In this document: piece by piece, positions 18,243 to 27,610 of the stretch | Position numbering within the stretch: the stretch's first letter is position 1 | How the letters are laid out: the number at the start of each line of letters is the position of its first letter | DNA from: an uncultured Planctomycetia bacterium | GTDB taxonomy: Bacteria > Omnitrophota > Gorgyraeia > JAGLLT01 | Length of the DNA: 31,697 bases | Assembly: GCA_964418055.1 (NCBI GenBank) | Contig: CAYQKA010000003.1 | Span: forward strand, 1 to 31,697 | Reading direction: 5' to 3' | Program-made: the position numbers and the translations under genes | The notes under the pieces: model-generated | What the model was told of the DNA's origin: nothing | Seen by the model: the letters and a program-made list of their open reading frames with translations, nothing else | Databases searched by the model: none

Positions 18243-18668
18243 TTAAAACGGTACTTCTTCATCAGCTGGAGCTGCATCATTATCATGATTTTGCATATTA
18301 TCTAAATCATGACTTTCATTATCCTGATTTTTATTTGGTCCTTTACCTAAGAACTGAACACGTCTAGCTTTAACTTCAAGAACGTTTCTTTTTTGACCAT
18401 CTTGGGCCTGCCAAGATCGGCTCTGAAGAGTTCCTTCTACAAACAAAGGACTACCTTTACTCAAATACTGACTGCAACTTTCCGCTATCTTTCCCCAAAC
18501 AACAACGGTTAAAAAACAAGCAACATCTTTCATTTCACCATTAGAATCTTTGTAACGTTCATTTACAGCTAAGCGTAAATTAGTAACTGCTGTTCCACCT
18601 GGAACAAATTTAAGTTCAGGATCTCTAGTTAAATTACCTATCAAAAAAACACTGTTCAAACTAGCCAT
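18243..18668 (-). CDS. ssb: Single-stranded DNA-binding protein
   Basis: LNSVFLIGNLTRDPELK, VEGTLQSRSW and acidic tail DEEVPF. Confidence 0.97.
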   Translation of the reverse strand: MASLNSVFLIGNLTRDPELKFVPGGTAVTNLRLAVNERYKDSNGEMKDVACFLTVVVWGKIAESCSQYLSKGSPLFVEGTLQSRSWQAQDGQKRNVLEVKARRVQFLGKGPNKNQDNESHDLDNMQNHDNDAAPADEEVPF

Positions 18669-18953
18669 TTATGCCTCCTTTTTTAAAATAAAATGTCTAA
18701 GGAGCGTATCGTTTAATCTATATATAGTGTTTACTTCAGCGATGGCTTTTGGAGGAGCAGAAAAATTTAGTAAATAATAAAAACCTTCACTATATTTTTT
18801 TATCGCATAAGCCATTTGCTTTTTATCTGGTCCTTGAGCACTCTCTATTTGACCTTCGCATTTAACAATCTCACCTTTGATAAATTCAACAGTCTTATCT
18901 TGAGATTCTTTATCAAGATCAGGCCTTATTATAAATAAACCTTCATAAGTCAC
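18669..18953 (-). CDS. rpsF: 30S ribosomal protein S6
   Basis: YEGLFIIRPDL, MAYAIKK and GFYYL motifs; GTG start with SD AGGAGG; rpsF-ssb-rpsR order. Confidence 0.95.
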   Translation of the reverse strand: MTYEGLFIIRPDLDKESQDKTVEFIKGEIVKCEGQIESAQGPDKKQMAYAIKKYSEGFYYLLNFSAPPKAIAEVNTIYRLNDTLLRHFILKKEA

Positions 18954-18986
18954 TTAAAAATCCTCCTTTTTTATTACAATCTAATA

Positions 18987-19565
18987 TTAATCTTTTACTT
19001 TTTCATTGAATAAATTCATACAAACATCTATATCTTTCTCAAGCCACGTATAAACAGCATTTTTAGCCTTATTAATAGCTGATTCTAGTTCTATATGTAT
19101 CTTTTTATTTGGCTTAGACAATACGAAAGAAACTAAATTACGTCTGTTAGCTACTACATCATTACCTATGCCAACTCTTAAACGTGGATAATCCTTAGTA
19201 CCCAAAATCCCTGATATAGATTTTAAACCGTTATGGCCACCTTCACTGCCACTAGACCTTAAACGAATATTACCTACAGGCAAATTAACATCATCACATA
19301 CTATTAGAATATCTTTCAATTCAAGATGCTTAGCTTCAATAACTGCTTTAACTGCTTGCCCGCTTAAATTCATAAAGGTAAGTGGCTTAACCAATATAAT
19401 TTGCTCTGAATCTATTTTGCCAATTCCAACTAAAGAATTGTAAGAATTTTTTTTTATAGTAATGCTCTTATCATCGGCTATAGCATTAATTACCTTAAAA
19501 CCTACATTATGACGTGTTTCTTGATAACTTTCACCTGGATTCCCCAGACCGATAATAGCTTTCAT
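18987..19565 (-). CDS. pth: Peptidyl-tRNA hydrolase
   Basis: GLGNPG, TRHNVGF, KPLTFMNLSG and GGHNGLKS motifs. Confidence 0.98.
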   Translation of the reverse strand: MKAIIGLGNPGESYQETRHNVGFKVINAIADDKSITIKKNSYNSLVGIGKIDSEQIILVKPLTFMNLSGQAVKAVIEAKHLELKDILIVCDDVNLPVGNIRLRSSGSEGGHNGLKSISGILGTKDYPRLRVGIGNDVVANRRNLVSFVLSKPNKKIHIELESAINKAKNAVYTWLEKDIDVCMNLFNEKVKD

Positions 19566-19571
19566 AAAAAA

Positions 19572-20276
19572 TTATTCTGGCTGCTCTGTCTGAGCTTTAC
19601 CTTCGCCTTTTTCTTTTTGGCGCTCGTCTCGTTCTTTTTCACCGATAACTTCAGGCTCTTTAGTGCCTTCTTCAGCAAGTTCATCTTCAACAACTGGTTC
19701 TTCTTCAGCCTTAGCATGTTCAACCATAATAACAACTTCTTCTGGGTCAGTTAATATTTTTATATCATTATCAACTTTTAAATCTTTAACATGAATGGAA
19801 TTACCAATTTCAAGCTCATCAACATTGACATCAATTTTTTCTGGTATCTTTGTTGGTAAACACTCAATATCAAGCTCCCAAAGTACGTGCTCTAAAATAC
19901 CGCCATCTCTTTTAACACCTATGGCTTCTCCCACTGGATGAACAGGTATTTTTACCTGAATACTTTGTGTAAGTGAAATTTCACTGAAATCCACATGAAT
20001 GATATTACCTCTAATAGGATGGTGCTGCATTTCTTTTATAATGACTGTTTTATGTGTTTTTTTTCCTTCTATTTCATACTCTAACTTAACGATAACGTTC
20101 TCGCCAGCTGATGTATGTAATGCATGAATAAGATCAACTGATTTAATAGTTAAATTAACACCAATCTTACCTTTCTTATAAACGATAACTGGGGCTAATC
20201 CAGCATTTCTTAAGCGCTTTGCCGCTTCTTTTCCTGTTGCTTCTCTCTGCTGGGCATTAATTATAATTTCTGCCAT
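19572..20276 (-). CDS. rplY: 50S ribosomal protein L25/Ctc (long form)
   Basis: AAKRLR, HPIRGNIIHVDF, GVKRDGG and IHVKDL motifs; acidic tail. Confidence 0.95.
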   Translation of the reverse strand: MAEIIINAQQREATGKEAAKRLRNAGLAPVIVYKKGKIGVNLTIKSVDLIHALHTSAGENVIVKLEYEIEGKKTHKTVIIKEMQHHPIRGNIIHVDFSEISLTQSIQVKIPVHPVGEAIGVKRDGGILEHVLWELDIECLPTKIPEKIDVNVDELEIGNSIHVKDLKVDNDIKILTDPEEVVIMVEHAKAEEEPVVEDELAEEGTKEPEVIGEKERDERQKEKGEGKAQTEQPE

Positions 20277-20315
20277 ATTAAAACCTCTTTCTTATCTCAG
20301 TAGATACTTTTATTT

Positions 20316-21254
20316 CTAAATAAATAAAGCGCTCACTGACTCTTCTTTATGAATACGCATAATTGCTTCTGCAAACAGCGGCGCTATAGATAGAACTTTT
20401 ATTCTATCACATTTCTTCTCTTTGTCAATTGCAATCGTATCAGTCACTAACAGTTCTTTTAAGTGTGAATTATTTATTCTTTCAATAGCTGGAGGAGCTA
20501 AAATTGGATGAGTAATAGTTGCATACACATCCTTAGCGCCTTTTTCCTTTAGGGCTACAATACCTTCAACTAAAGTACCAGCAGTAGAAACAACATCATC
20601 AACCATAACAATATTCTTATCTTTAACATCACCAATTATGTGCATAACTTCAGCTTGTTTATCATTAAGCCTTCTTTTATCAACAATCGCTAATCCTGCT
20701 CCAAGACGCTTGGCATAGGCACGGGCCATCTTGATTCCTCCTACATCAGGAGAAACAACACATAAATCCTTTATATTCATTTTAGAAAAATAGCTTACGA
20801 ACGTATTGACAGCATATAAATTATCTACTGGAATATTAAAAAAACCTTGAATCTGCTCAGCATGTAAATCCATCGTTAAAACTCTACTGGCTCCTGCCGT
20901 TGCTAAAAGATCGGCAACCAGCTTAGCTGTAATAGGAACTCTAGGCTGATCTTTTCTGTCCTGCCTAGCATAACCATAATAAGCTATAACTGCTGTAATT
21001 CGCTTTGCTGAAGCACGCTTTAGAGCATCTATTAAAATAAGTAACTCCATAATACTATCGTTTGATGGAGGAGAAGTAGGCTGAATTACAAAGACATCCT
21101 TGCCGCGCACATTTTCTTCAATTTTCACTCTGATTTCCCCATCAGCAAACCTACTTACGGTTGATTTACCTAATGCTATTCTCAAATTTTTGGCGATATC
21201 CTCTGCAAGCTTAAGATTAGCATTACCGGAAAATAAAGCAATTGTTCCATTCAT
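20316..21254 (-). CDS. prs: Ribose-phosphate pyrophosphokinase
   Basis: FADGE, YYGYARQDRK, DLHA, VSPDVGG and VDDVVSTAGT motifs. Confidence 0.98.
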   Translation of the reverse strand: MNGTIALFSGNANLKLAEDIAKNLRIALGKSTVSRFADGEIRVKIEENVRGKDVFVIQPTSPPSNDSIMELLILIDALKRASAKRITAVIAYYGYARQDRKDQPRVPITAKLVADLLATAGASRVLTMDLHAEQIQGFFNIPVDNLYAVNTFVSYFSKMNIKDLCVVSPDVGGIKMARAYAKRLGAGLAIVDKRRLNDKQAEVMHIIGDVKDKNIVMVDDVVSTAGTLVEGIVALKEKGAKDVYATITHPILAPPAIERINNSHLKELLVTDTIAIDKEKKCDRIKVLSIAPLFAEAIMRIHKEESVSALFI

Positions 21255-21255
21255 T

Positions 21256-22572
21256 TTACGCTCCTACCTTTTTTGCCTTTTTGGATTCTTTTTTCTTTTT
21301 TATCTCTCTGGCTGGTACCCCCACTACAACAGCCCCGCTTCTAACTTTCCCTTTAGTTACAAGTGAATTAGCTCCGGTAATAGCTCCTTTACCGATTTCA
21401 ACAGGAGCCACAAGAATGCTACCACTTCCGATAAAAGCGTTGTCTTCTATAATTGTTGCATTTTTATCTTTGCCGTTATAATTAGCAGTAACCGCACCAG
21501 CACCAATATTAACTTCTTCCCCTATCTGACTATCTCCGATATAGGCTAAATGATTGGCCTTGCTATTTGATTTTATAGTCGACCTAACAACTTCAACAAA
21601 ATTCCCTAATCTCACGTTATCTTTTATAACAGAGCCAGGTCTAATTCTTAAAAAAGGTCCTAGCCGACATTTTTTACCAATTTTGACATTTCTTTCAATC
21701 CTAACGAAGGGTTCAACAATCGTATCCATCCCAATTTCTACATCTTCATCTATATAAACTGTATCTGGATCAACTATCGTAACACCACTATCAATAATAC
21801 GTTTTATAATCCTCTGGCGCATAATCTTGTGAGCCTGGATTAATTCAAAACGCGAGTTGATTCCAATAATCTCTTCAATATCAATAGTTTCATATGAATC
21901 AACTACTGAATCCTGAGAGGAAAGTATTTCAATGATATCAGTAAGATAATATTCTTTTTTTATTTTATTAGGTTTGATTTTATCAATATTTTCAAAAAGG
22001 CTTTTAGCTTTAAAGCAATAAACTCCTGTATTTATTTCTTCAATTACCTTTTCATATAGCGAAGCATCTTTTTCTTCAATAATCTTTACAATCTGGCCTT
22101 CATCGTTCCTCAATATTCGGCCATAACTTGTCGGATTCTTAATTATGGCAGTTAAAACAGCACAATCAGTTTTACCTCTTCTACTCACTTCAATTAATGC
22201 CTGAAGTGTTTCACTAGATATAAGAGGTGTATCAGCACATAAAATTAGAATATCTCCCTTGAAACCAGAAAGTTTTTTTAGTCCTTGCTTAACAGCATCA
22301 GCAGTACCTAATCGTTTTTCTTGAATCACAACTTCACTTTTGCTACCAATAAATTTAGCAACATCTCTTGATTTATAGCCAATAACAGTAACAGTTTTAT
22401 TTATACCTAATTTTTTCAAAGTATTTAAAGCATATTCAATTAAAGTTTTGCCATAGATACTATGTAAAACCTTGGGTGTTTCTGATTTCATTCTGGTTCC
22501 TTCGCCAGCAGCTAACACAATACATGCTACATTACCTAAGGCTTTTTGAATTTTTTTTAAACCTTTTTTCAT
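21256..22572 (-). CDS. glmU: Bifunctional UDP-GlcNAc pyrophosphorylase / GlcN-1-P acetyltransferase
   Basis: LAAGEGTRMKS, PTSYGRI, EINTG and EYYLTD in the N-domain; GNFVE, HLAYIGD and NIGAG in the beta-helix domain. Confidence 0.93.
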   Translation of the reverse strand: MKKGLKKIQKALGNVACIVLAAGEGTRMKSETPKVLHSIYGKTLIEYALNTLKKLGINKTVTVIGYKSRDVAKFIGSKSEVVIQEKRLGTADAVKQGLKKLSGFKGDILILCADTPLISSETLQALIEVSRRGKTDCAVLTAIIKNPTSYGRILRNDEGQIVKIIEEKDASLYEKVIEEINTGVYCFKAKSLFENIDKIKPNKIKKEYYLTDIIEILSSQDSVVDSYETIDIEEIIGINSRFELIQAHKIMRQRIIKRIIDSGVTIVDPDTVYIDEDVEIGMDTIVEPFVRIERNVKIGKKCRLGPFLRIRPGSVIKDNVRLGNFVEVVRSTIKSNSKANHLAYIGDSQIGEEVNIGAGAVTANYNGKDKNATIIEDNAFIGSGSILVAPVEIGKGAITGANSLVTKGKVRSGAVVVGVPAREIKKKKESKKAKKVGA

Positions 22573-22629
22573 TTATCATTAACCTTTTAAAATTTATGTG
22601 AAAATTATTTATAGATACTTTGTTAATTT

Positions 22630-22703
22630 TGGCTGCCCGGCGAGGATTCGAACCTCGAACCTCGCCTCCAAAGGGCGGTGTGATACCATTTCACCACCGG
22701 GCA
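22630..22703 (-). tRNA. tRNA-Gln(UUG)
   Basis: Acceptor stem TGCCCGG/CCGGGCA (U1-A72), anticodon arm CCGCC-CT-TTG-GA-GGCGA with a C27-A43 mismatch, T loop TTCGAAT, encoded CCA. Confidence 0.93.
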
Positions 22704-22755
22704 AATACTTAAGATGTTGAATTTATTCTATATGCAAACGCTACCCACTTATTAC

Positions 22756-23199
22756 TTAAGCTTTTGCCTCATTGCTGTTATCTATATTTTCATGACTCAT
22801 ATACGTATCAGCTCTAGACGCTTTCTCAGATTCAGGAAGCGAGTCGTATTTATCTAAAACTGCCTTTTGGATATATTCCCTAAATTCAGAGTTAATCGGA
22901 TGAGCTATATCTCTATGTTCGCTTTGTCTTTCCTCTTTATCCGTAGGCACAATTTCAATTATAGGCAAAGTAGCTCCACAGCCATTACAATATTTACTGC
23001 GAACTACATTTCTATGTCCACATTTAGAACAACTTTCTTTCATTTTTCTTGAAGGCATGGCAACAAATAACCCTTTGTTCCCTTGAATAACCTTGATATC
23101 ACGTACAACAAAACAATTATCAAATGTTACAGTTGCATATGCTTTTAATTTTTTGTCCCTGCTCTCTCTTGGAAATATTCTAACTTCTGTAATTTCCAT
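22756..23199 (-). CDS. spoVG: SpoVG family nucleic-acid-binding protein with zinc-ribbon insert
   Basis: MEITEVRI, KLKAYATVTFDNCFVVRDIKVI, GLFVAMPSRK and DIAHPINSEFR motifs; insert CSKC...CNGC. Confidence 0.93.
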   Translation of the reverse strand: MEITEVRIFPRESRDKKLKAYATVTFDNCFVVRDIKVIQGNKGLFVAMPSRKMKESCSKCGHRNVVRSKYCNGCGATLPIIEIVPTDKEERQSEHRDIAHPINSEFREYIQKAVLDKYDSLPESEKASRADTYMSHENIDNSNEAKA

Positions 23200-23247
23200 T
23201 GGTTACTCCTTTCACGAAGTTGACAAACAACTCTGTCGTCATCAATT

Positions 23248-24111
23248 TTATACAGAACGACAGATATAAATACTCGTGTCCCCCATTTTTTTACTTACTC
23301 TTTCCTTTACTGCTTCCGCCTCCTCTTTTGTTTGACAAATACCAAAAACACATGGACCACTGCCCGATAACAGCACAGCCTTAATACCAGCAGTTCTTAG
23401 TGCTTTTTCGGCGCTTTGAACCTCTTTATATGAAGCTCCCACCATAGATGCCAGATCATTATAAAGAACCGGAGCGATTTCTTCTAAATTAGCGCTTTTA
23501 AGGGCGCGACTAAATATTGTAACACCAGGCTTTTTCTTTGTCAAGCTTAACTTAAAATGTTCATAAGCCCATTTACTACTTATGTGAATTTTAGGGTAAA
23601 TTATTACATACCAGTAGGTAGGAACATTTCTTATGGGTTCTAAAACATCTCCTATGCCTCTACCAAAAGCACAAGATTCATCTAGTAAAAAAAATGGGAC
23701 ATCAGCCCCCAATTTTGCCCCTAATTTAAGTAATCTTTCCTTCTTAAATCCCAAATTACACATTTTATTCACAGCTAACATTACAACTGCAGCATTACTG
23801 CTACCTCCACCCAAACCGGCAGCCACAGGTATAACCTTATCGATGTGAATGTTTAAGCCAACTCGAACACCAGATTCATTAAACAATAATTCAGCAGCTC
23901 TATATGCAAGATTTGTTATATCAGAGGGTACACTTGGATGATCACAAATAACTTTAGTATTGGTTTGATTAGTTTTCTCTATTAGGATGGTGTCATGCAG
24001 ACTTATTCTTTGAAAAAAAGTTTCTATTTCGTGATAACCGTCACTTCTTTTTTTCTTAATCTCTAGATATAAATTAACTTTGGCTAACGAATTTACCTTC
24101 ACTCTGCACAT
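23248..24111 (-). CDS. ispE: 4-diphosphocytidyl-2-C-methyl-D-erythritol kinase
   Basis: AKVNLYL, GYHEIET, GHMP motif IPVAAGLGGGSSNAA, LGADVPFF and LSGSG. Start ATG 24111 preferred over TTG 24126. Confidence 0.96.
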   Translation of the reverse strand: MCRVKVNSLAKVNLYLEIKKKRSDGYHEIETFFQRISLHDTILIEKTNQTNTKVICDHPSVPSDITNLAYRAAELLFNESGVRVGLNIHIDKVIPVAAGLGGGSSNAAVVMLAVNKMCNLGFKKERLLKLGAKLGADVPFFLLDESCAFGRGIGDVLEPIRNVPTYWYVIIYPKIHISSKWAYEHFKLSLTKKKPGVTIFSRALKSANLEEIAPVLYNDLASMVGASYKEVQSAEKALRTAGIKAVLLSGSGPCVFGICQTKEEAEAVKERVSKKMGDTSIYICRSV

Positions 24112-24122
24112 GGCAGTCTCTA

Positions 24123-25061
24123 TCAAGCTCCTAGAAGTTCTTTAGCCCGTTTAACAATATCATTTGCAGTAAGTTCATAATACTTCATCAATTCTTCTGT
24201 CTCGCCAGATTGTCCAAATTGATTCTTCACGCCGATTAATCTCATGGGAACAGGATTATTTTGACATACAACTTCAGCTACTGCCGAGCCCAAACCTCCA
24301 ACAACAGTATGTTCTTCACAAGTAATTATACCTTTGGTTTCTTTAGCAGCCTTAATGACAACATCTTCGTCTAGCGGTTTAGGAGTATGCATATTGATAA
24401 CTCGCACACTTACACCTTGTTCTTGAAGAATTTGCGCAGCTTCTAAAGCTTCACAAACCATATTGCCGCACGCAATAACTGTCAAATCGTTACCTTCTTT
24501 TAATGTCTTGGCTTTTCCAATAATGAATTCATCCTCTTCCTTTGATACCAATGGCACTCCGCAGCGAGTAAAACGTAAATATACAGGCTGAGGAATACTA
24601 GCAGCCGCAATAGTAGCTTTTCTGGCTTCAATAGCATCTGCTGGCACAACTACCATCATATTAGGCAATGCTCTCATAAGAGTAATCTCTTCTAAAGCCT
24701 GGTGAGTTGCTCCATCTGGCCCCACTGAAATTCCTCCGTGAGTTCCAGCAATATTCACATTTAAATTCATATAACTAACTGAAATACTTAACTGATTCCA
24801 AGCGCGCCCAGCGGCAAAAACTCCAAATGTACAACAAAAAGGAATTTTACCTTCCAAAGCCATACCAGCAGCTACACTCATCATATTCGCTTCGGCTATT
24901 CCACAAGATACAAATCTTTCTGGATATTCATTTTTAAACCAATTAGCCCTGGTTGATTCTGTCAAATCAGCCGAAAGAACTACAATATCTTTATTATTTT
25001 TACCCAGTTCCAGCAGTCCTTTACCAAAACCATCTCTCGTAGGAACTTTTTTAATTTCCAT
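24123..25061 (-). CDS. Transketolase-like protein, C-terminal (pyrimidine-binding) subunit
   Basis: SADL, GIAEANM, TFGVF, GPDGATHQALE and EEHTVVGGLGSAVAE motifs. Confidence 0.9.
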   Translation of the reverse strand: MEIKKVPTRDGFGKGLLELGKNNKDIVVLSADLTESTRANWFKNEYPERFVSCGIAEANMMSVAAGMALEGKIPFCCTFGVFAAGRAWNQLSISVSYMNLNVNIAGTHGGISVGPDGATHQALEEITLMRALPNMMVVVPADAIEARKATIAAASIPQPVYLRFTRCGVPLVSKEEDEFIIGKAKTLKEGNDLTVIACGNMVCEALEAAQILQEQGVSVRVINMHTPKPLDEDVVIKAAKETKGIITCEEHTVVGGLGSAVAEVVCQNNPVPMRLIGVKNQFGQSGETEELMKYYELTANDIVKRAKELLGA

Positions 25062-25080
25062 TTATTTCTCCTAAAATAGA

Positions 25081-25914
25081 TCACTTTTGCTTTTTAAGTT
25101 CAACTAAAGCTTTTTCAACTTCATCTTCTTTAGGCGCAATGCCATGCCAAGATGCCTTATTTTCCATAAAGGAAATACCTTTGCCCTTAATAGTATCAGC
25201 TAAAATCACTGATGGCTTTCCCTTGATTTCTCGCACCTTATCAAAAGCATCCATCAGACTTACAACATTATGACCATCAACTCTAATAACTTCCCAGCCA
25301 AATGACTCCCATTTTTCAGCTAGTGGCTCAACATTCATAACATCTTTTAAGAAACCATCTCTTTGAATTTTATTGTTATCTACAATACCGCAAAGATTAT
25401 CTAATTTATTAAACGAGGCCATCATTGCTGCTTCCCAAATCTGACCCTCTTGAAGCTCTCCGTCACCCATAAGACAATAAGTCCTAAAATCTTTTTTATC
25501 CATTTTGGCTGCTAAGGCCAGACCCAAAGCAATGGAAAGTCCTTGCCCCAATGAACCAGTAGAAGCCTCTAAACCCAATGAAACATTTCTTTGAGGATGT
25601 CCTTGAAGCTTTGAACCCATCTTTCTTAAAGTCCAAAGCAAGTCTTCGCTAAAATAACCACAATCCGCCAAAACAGCATACAACGTCGGGCATCCATGTC
25701 CCTTGGAGAGAATAAACCTATCCCTCTGGTCCCAGTCTGGCTTTTGGGGATTATGTGATAATTCATATTTATACAAAGTAAGAATAATTTCGACTTCAGA
25801 AAGTGAACCTCCAGTATGACCGCTACCGGCTATCTGGAGCATTTTTAAAATAGTACCCCTTATTTTTAAAGCCTTTCCTTTTAACTCGTCAACATCAGGC
25901 CTTTTTTTAGTCAT
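25081..25914 (-). CDS. Transketolase-like protein, N-terminal (TPP-binding) subunit
   Basis: GHTGGSLS, RDRFILSKGH, LQGHP, STGSLGQG and the TPP motif GDGELQEG...DNN. Confidence 0.9.
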   Translation of the reverse strand: MTKKRPDVDELKGKALKIRGTILKMLQIAGSGHTGGSLSEVEIILTLYKYELSHNPQKPDWDQRDRFILSKGHGCPTLYAVLADCGYFSEDLLWTLRKMGSKLQGHPQRNVSLGLEASTGSLGQGLSIALGLALAAKMDKKDFRTYCLMGDGELQEGQIWEAAMMASFNKLDNLCGIVDNNKIQRDGFLKDVMNVEPLAEKWESFGWEVIRVDGHNVVSLMDAFDKVREIKGKPSVILADTIKGKGISFMENKASWHGIAPKEDEVEKALVELKKQK

Positions 25915-27431
25915 TTTTTCAACCTTTCGATCTTTTCCTCAACGCCTTCAACATCGGGGTCTATTTTTAGAGATTTACGCCAGCTTTCTTCAGCTTCTTT
26001 TATCTGACCTTTTTTATAATATATATCACCTAAATGATCAAAAATAATTGAATCTTCAATTAAGCTTGAAGCTCTCTCGATTAACTCTTGAGCCTTTTCG
26101 AGATTATTCAATTTATAATATACCCAACCTAAACTATCAATAAAAGCACCATTATCAGGTTCTATCTCAAGGGCTCTATTTAGCATTTTTTCAGCTTCTT
26201 CTAAATTAATCTCCTCCTCTGCATACAAATACCCTAAATAATTAAGAGCATCCGCATTATCAGGATTTAATTCAATTGCTTTTTTAAATTGATCTGTAGC
26301 TTTTTCTCTATCTTTGTTGCTTTCATAGTAAACACCTAAATAGAAATAAACTAGATCGTTTTCAGGATTAATTTCCTGAGCATTTTTATAAGCACGTTCA
26401 GCTAAAATATTAGCATTCTGCTGCTGATAAATAGTTGCCAAAGCAATATATATACTATCAAGCTGGGCTACATTTTCTTCGAGAGCTTTCTTTAAAATTC
26501 CAATACTTTTATCAAGTTCGTCTTCACCCGCATATAGATAAGCTAAAGTTATATAGGATGTAGTATCTTCTGGATACAATTTAATTACCAATTCATATTG
26601 AACAGTTGCTTTAACATAATCCTTTTTATCAATATAAAGTTGCCCTAGTTGTTTGTAAACATTAATATTCAAGGGGTCTCTTTTAAGCGATTCTTCATAA
26701 TAAAATATTGCCTGCTCGCTATTATCTTGAATTTCATTTATAAGGGCTAAGCTCAAATAGGCAGGTACAAAATCATCATCAATTTCAAGAGCCTTATCAA
26801 ATTGACTTGTAGCTTTGCCAAAATCATCAATGTGTAAATAAATAAGTCCTAAATTAAAATAAAGAATCGGTAAATCATCTACCTGCTTAAGAAGTCTCTC
26901 ATAGATCTCAATCGCTTTTTGATTCTCGCCTTGAAAAACTAGTATATCGGCCAATGAAGATAAAGCAATTTTATCTTCTGGATCAAATTCGATAATTTTT
27001 TCATATTCCGCTACAGCTTTATCGTAATCCTTTTCAAAAGTATAAATATAAGCTAAGAGCGCGTGCGCCTCAACACTTTGTAAATTAACTTGCAAAGCTT
27101 TATCAATATACTGCTTGGCATTCTTAAATTCATTAAGATTAACATAATCTTGGGCTATTCTAAGGTAAATCCAAGAAGCACTTTCGTTATACTCTAAAGC
27201 TTTATTGTATTGCGCTATACCTTTAGCAGGCTCTCTTTGTCTATCAAACATCAATCCCATCATAAAATGAGTATAGGTTTTCGTGTCACGCTCAAGTTGT
27301 TCATTTACTGTATCAACCTTGGCGCATACAATGCGGTTTCCCGCAAAATTTAATTCCGCAATAGTAAATAAAAATAAAAGAGTTGCGAGGCAAACCCCAA
27401 GTTTAGGCAAATCAATATTTAAATGCCTCAT
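25911..27431 (-). CDS. Exported multi-TPR protein (resembles the PA4667/LbcA-type protein found upstream of ispE)
   Basis: N-terminal hydrophobic segment and many TPR helices; C-terminal ALNYLGY, AFIDSLGWVYY and DHLGD motifs. Confidence 0.8.
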   Translation of the reverse strand: MRHLNIDLPKLGVCLATLLFLFTIAELNFAGNRIVCAKVDTVNEQLERDTKTYTHFMMGLMFDRQREPAKGIAQYNKALEYNESASWIYLRIAQDYVNLNEFKNAKQYIDKALQVNLQSVEAHALLAYIYTFEKDYDKAVAEYEKIIEFDPEDKIALSSLADILVFQGENQKAIEIYERLLKQVDDLPILYFNLGLIYLHIDDFGKATSQFDKALEIDDDFVPAYLSLALINEIQDNSEQAIFYYEESLKRDPLNINVYKQLGQLYIDKKDYVKATVQYELVIKLYPEDTTSYITLAYLYAGEDELDKSIGILKKALEENVAQLDSIYIALATIYQQQNANILAERAYKNAQEINPENDLVYFYLGVYYESNKDREKATDQFKKAIELNPDNADALNYLGYLYAEEEINLEEAEKMLNRALEIEPDNGAFIDSLGWVYYKLNNLEKAQELIERASSLIEDSIIFDHLGDIYYKKGQIKEAEESWRKSLKIDPDVEGVEEKIERLKK

Positions 27432-27527
27432 TTACTTATCCTTTTTCTTGTGCCTATCTCTCTTTAGTCTCTTTTTACGCTTGTGCTTGGCTATTTTTTT
27501 CTTTTTTCTTTTTTTACCACAAGGCAT
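27432..27527 (-). CDS. Small basic protein of the bS22/mS38 (AURKAIP1/COX24-domain) type, 31 aa
   Basis: Hand translation MPCGKKRKKKKIAKHKRKKRLKRDRHKKKDK*; GGAGG 8 nt upstream; stop TAA directly followed by the TPR gene ATG; below the ORF track cutoff. Confidence 0.85.
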   Translation of the reverse strand: MPCGKKRKKKKIAKHKRKKRLKRDRHKKKDK

Positions 27528-27610
27528 GTTAACTTCCTCCCGTCTTAAAACAACAAAATTCTCTGTGTAATATCAAAATTAAAATAGTTATCAATATTAC
27601 TCATCAGATG

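Noticed and set aside
18954-18986. S6:S18 leader upstream of rpsF
   Set aside because: The spacer is 33 nt with no CCG motif or hairpin.
27560-27608. Hammerhead-like CUGAUGA followed by stem GUAAUAUU/GAUAUUAC after hisG
   Set aside because: The required GAAA after stem II is absent (it reads ACAGAG) and no stems I/III are evident; at most a weak AU-rich hairpin.
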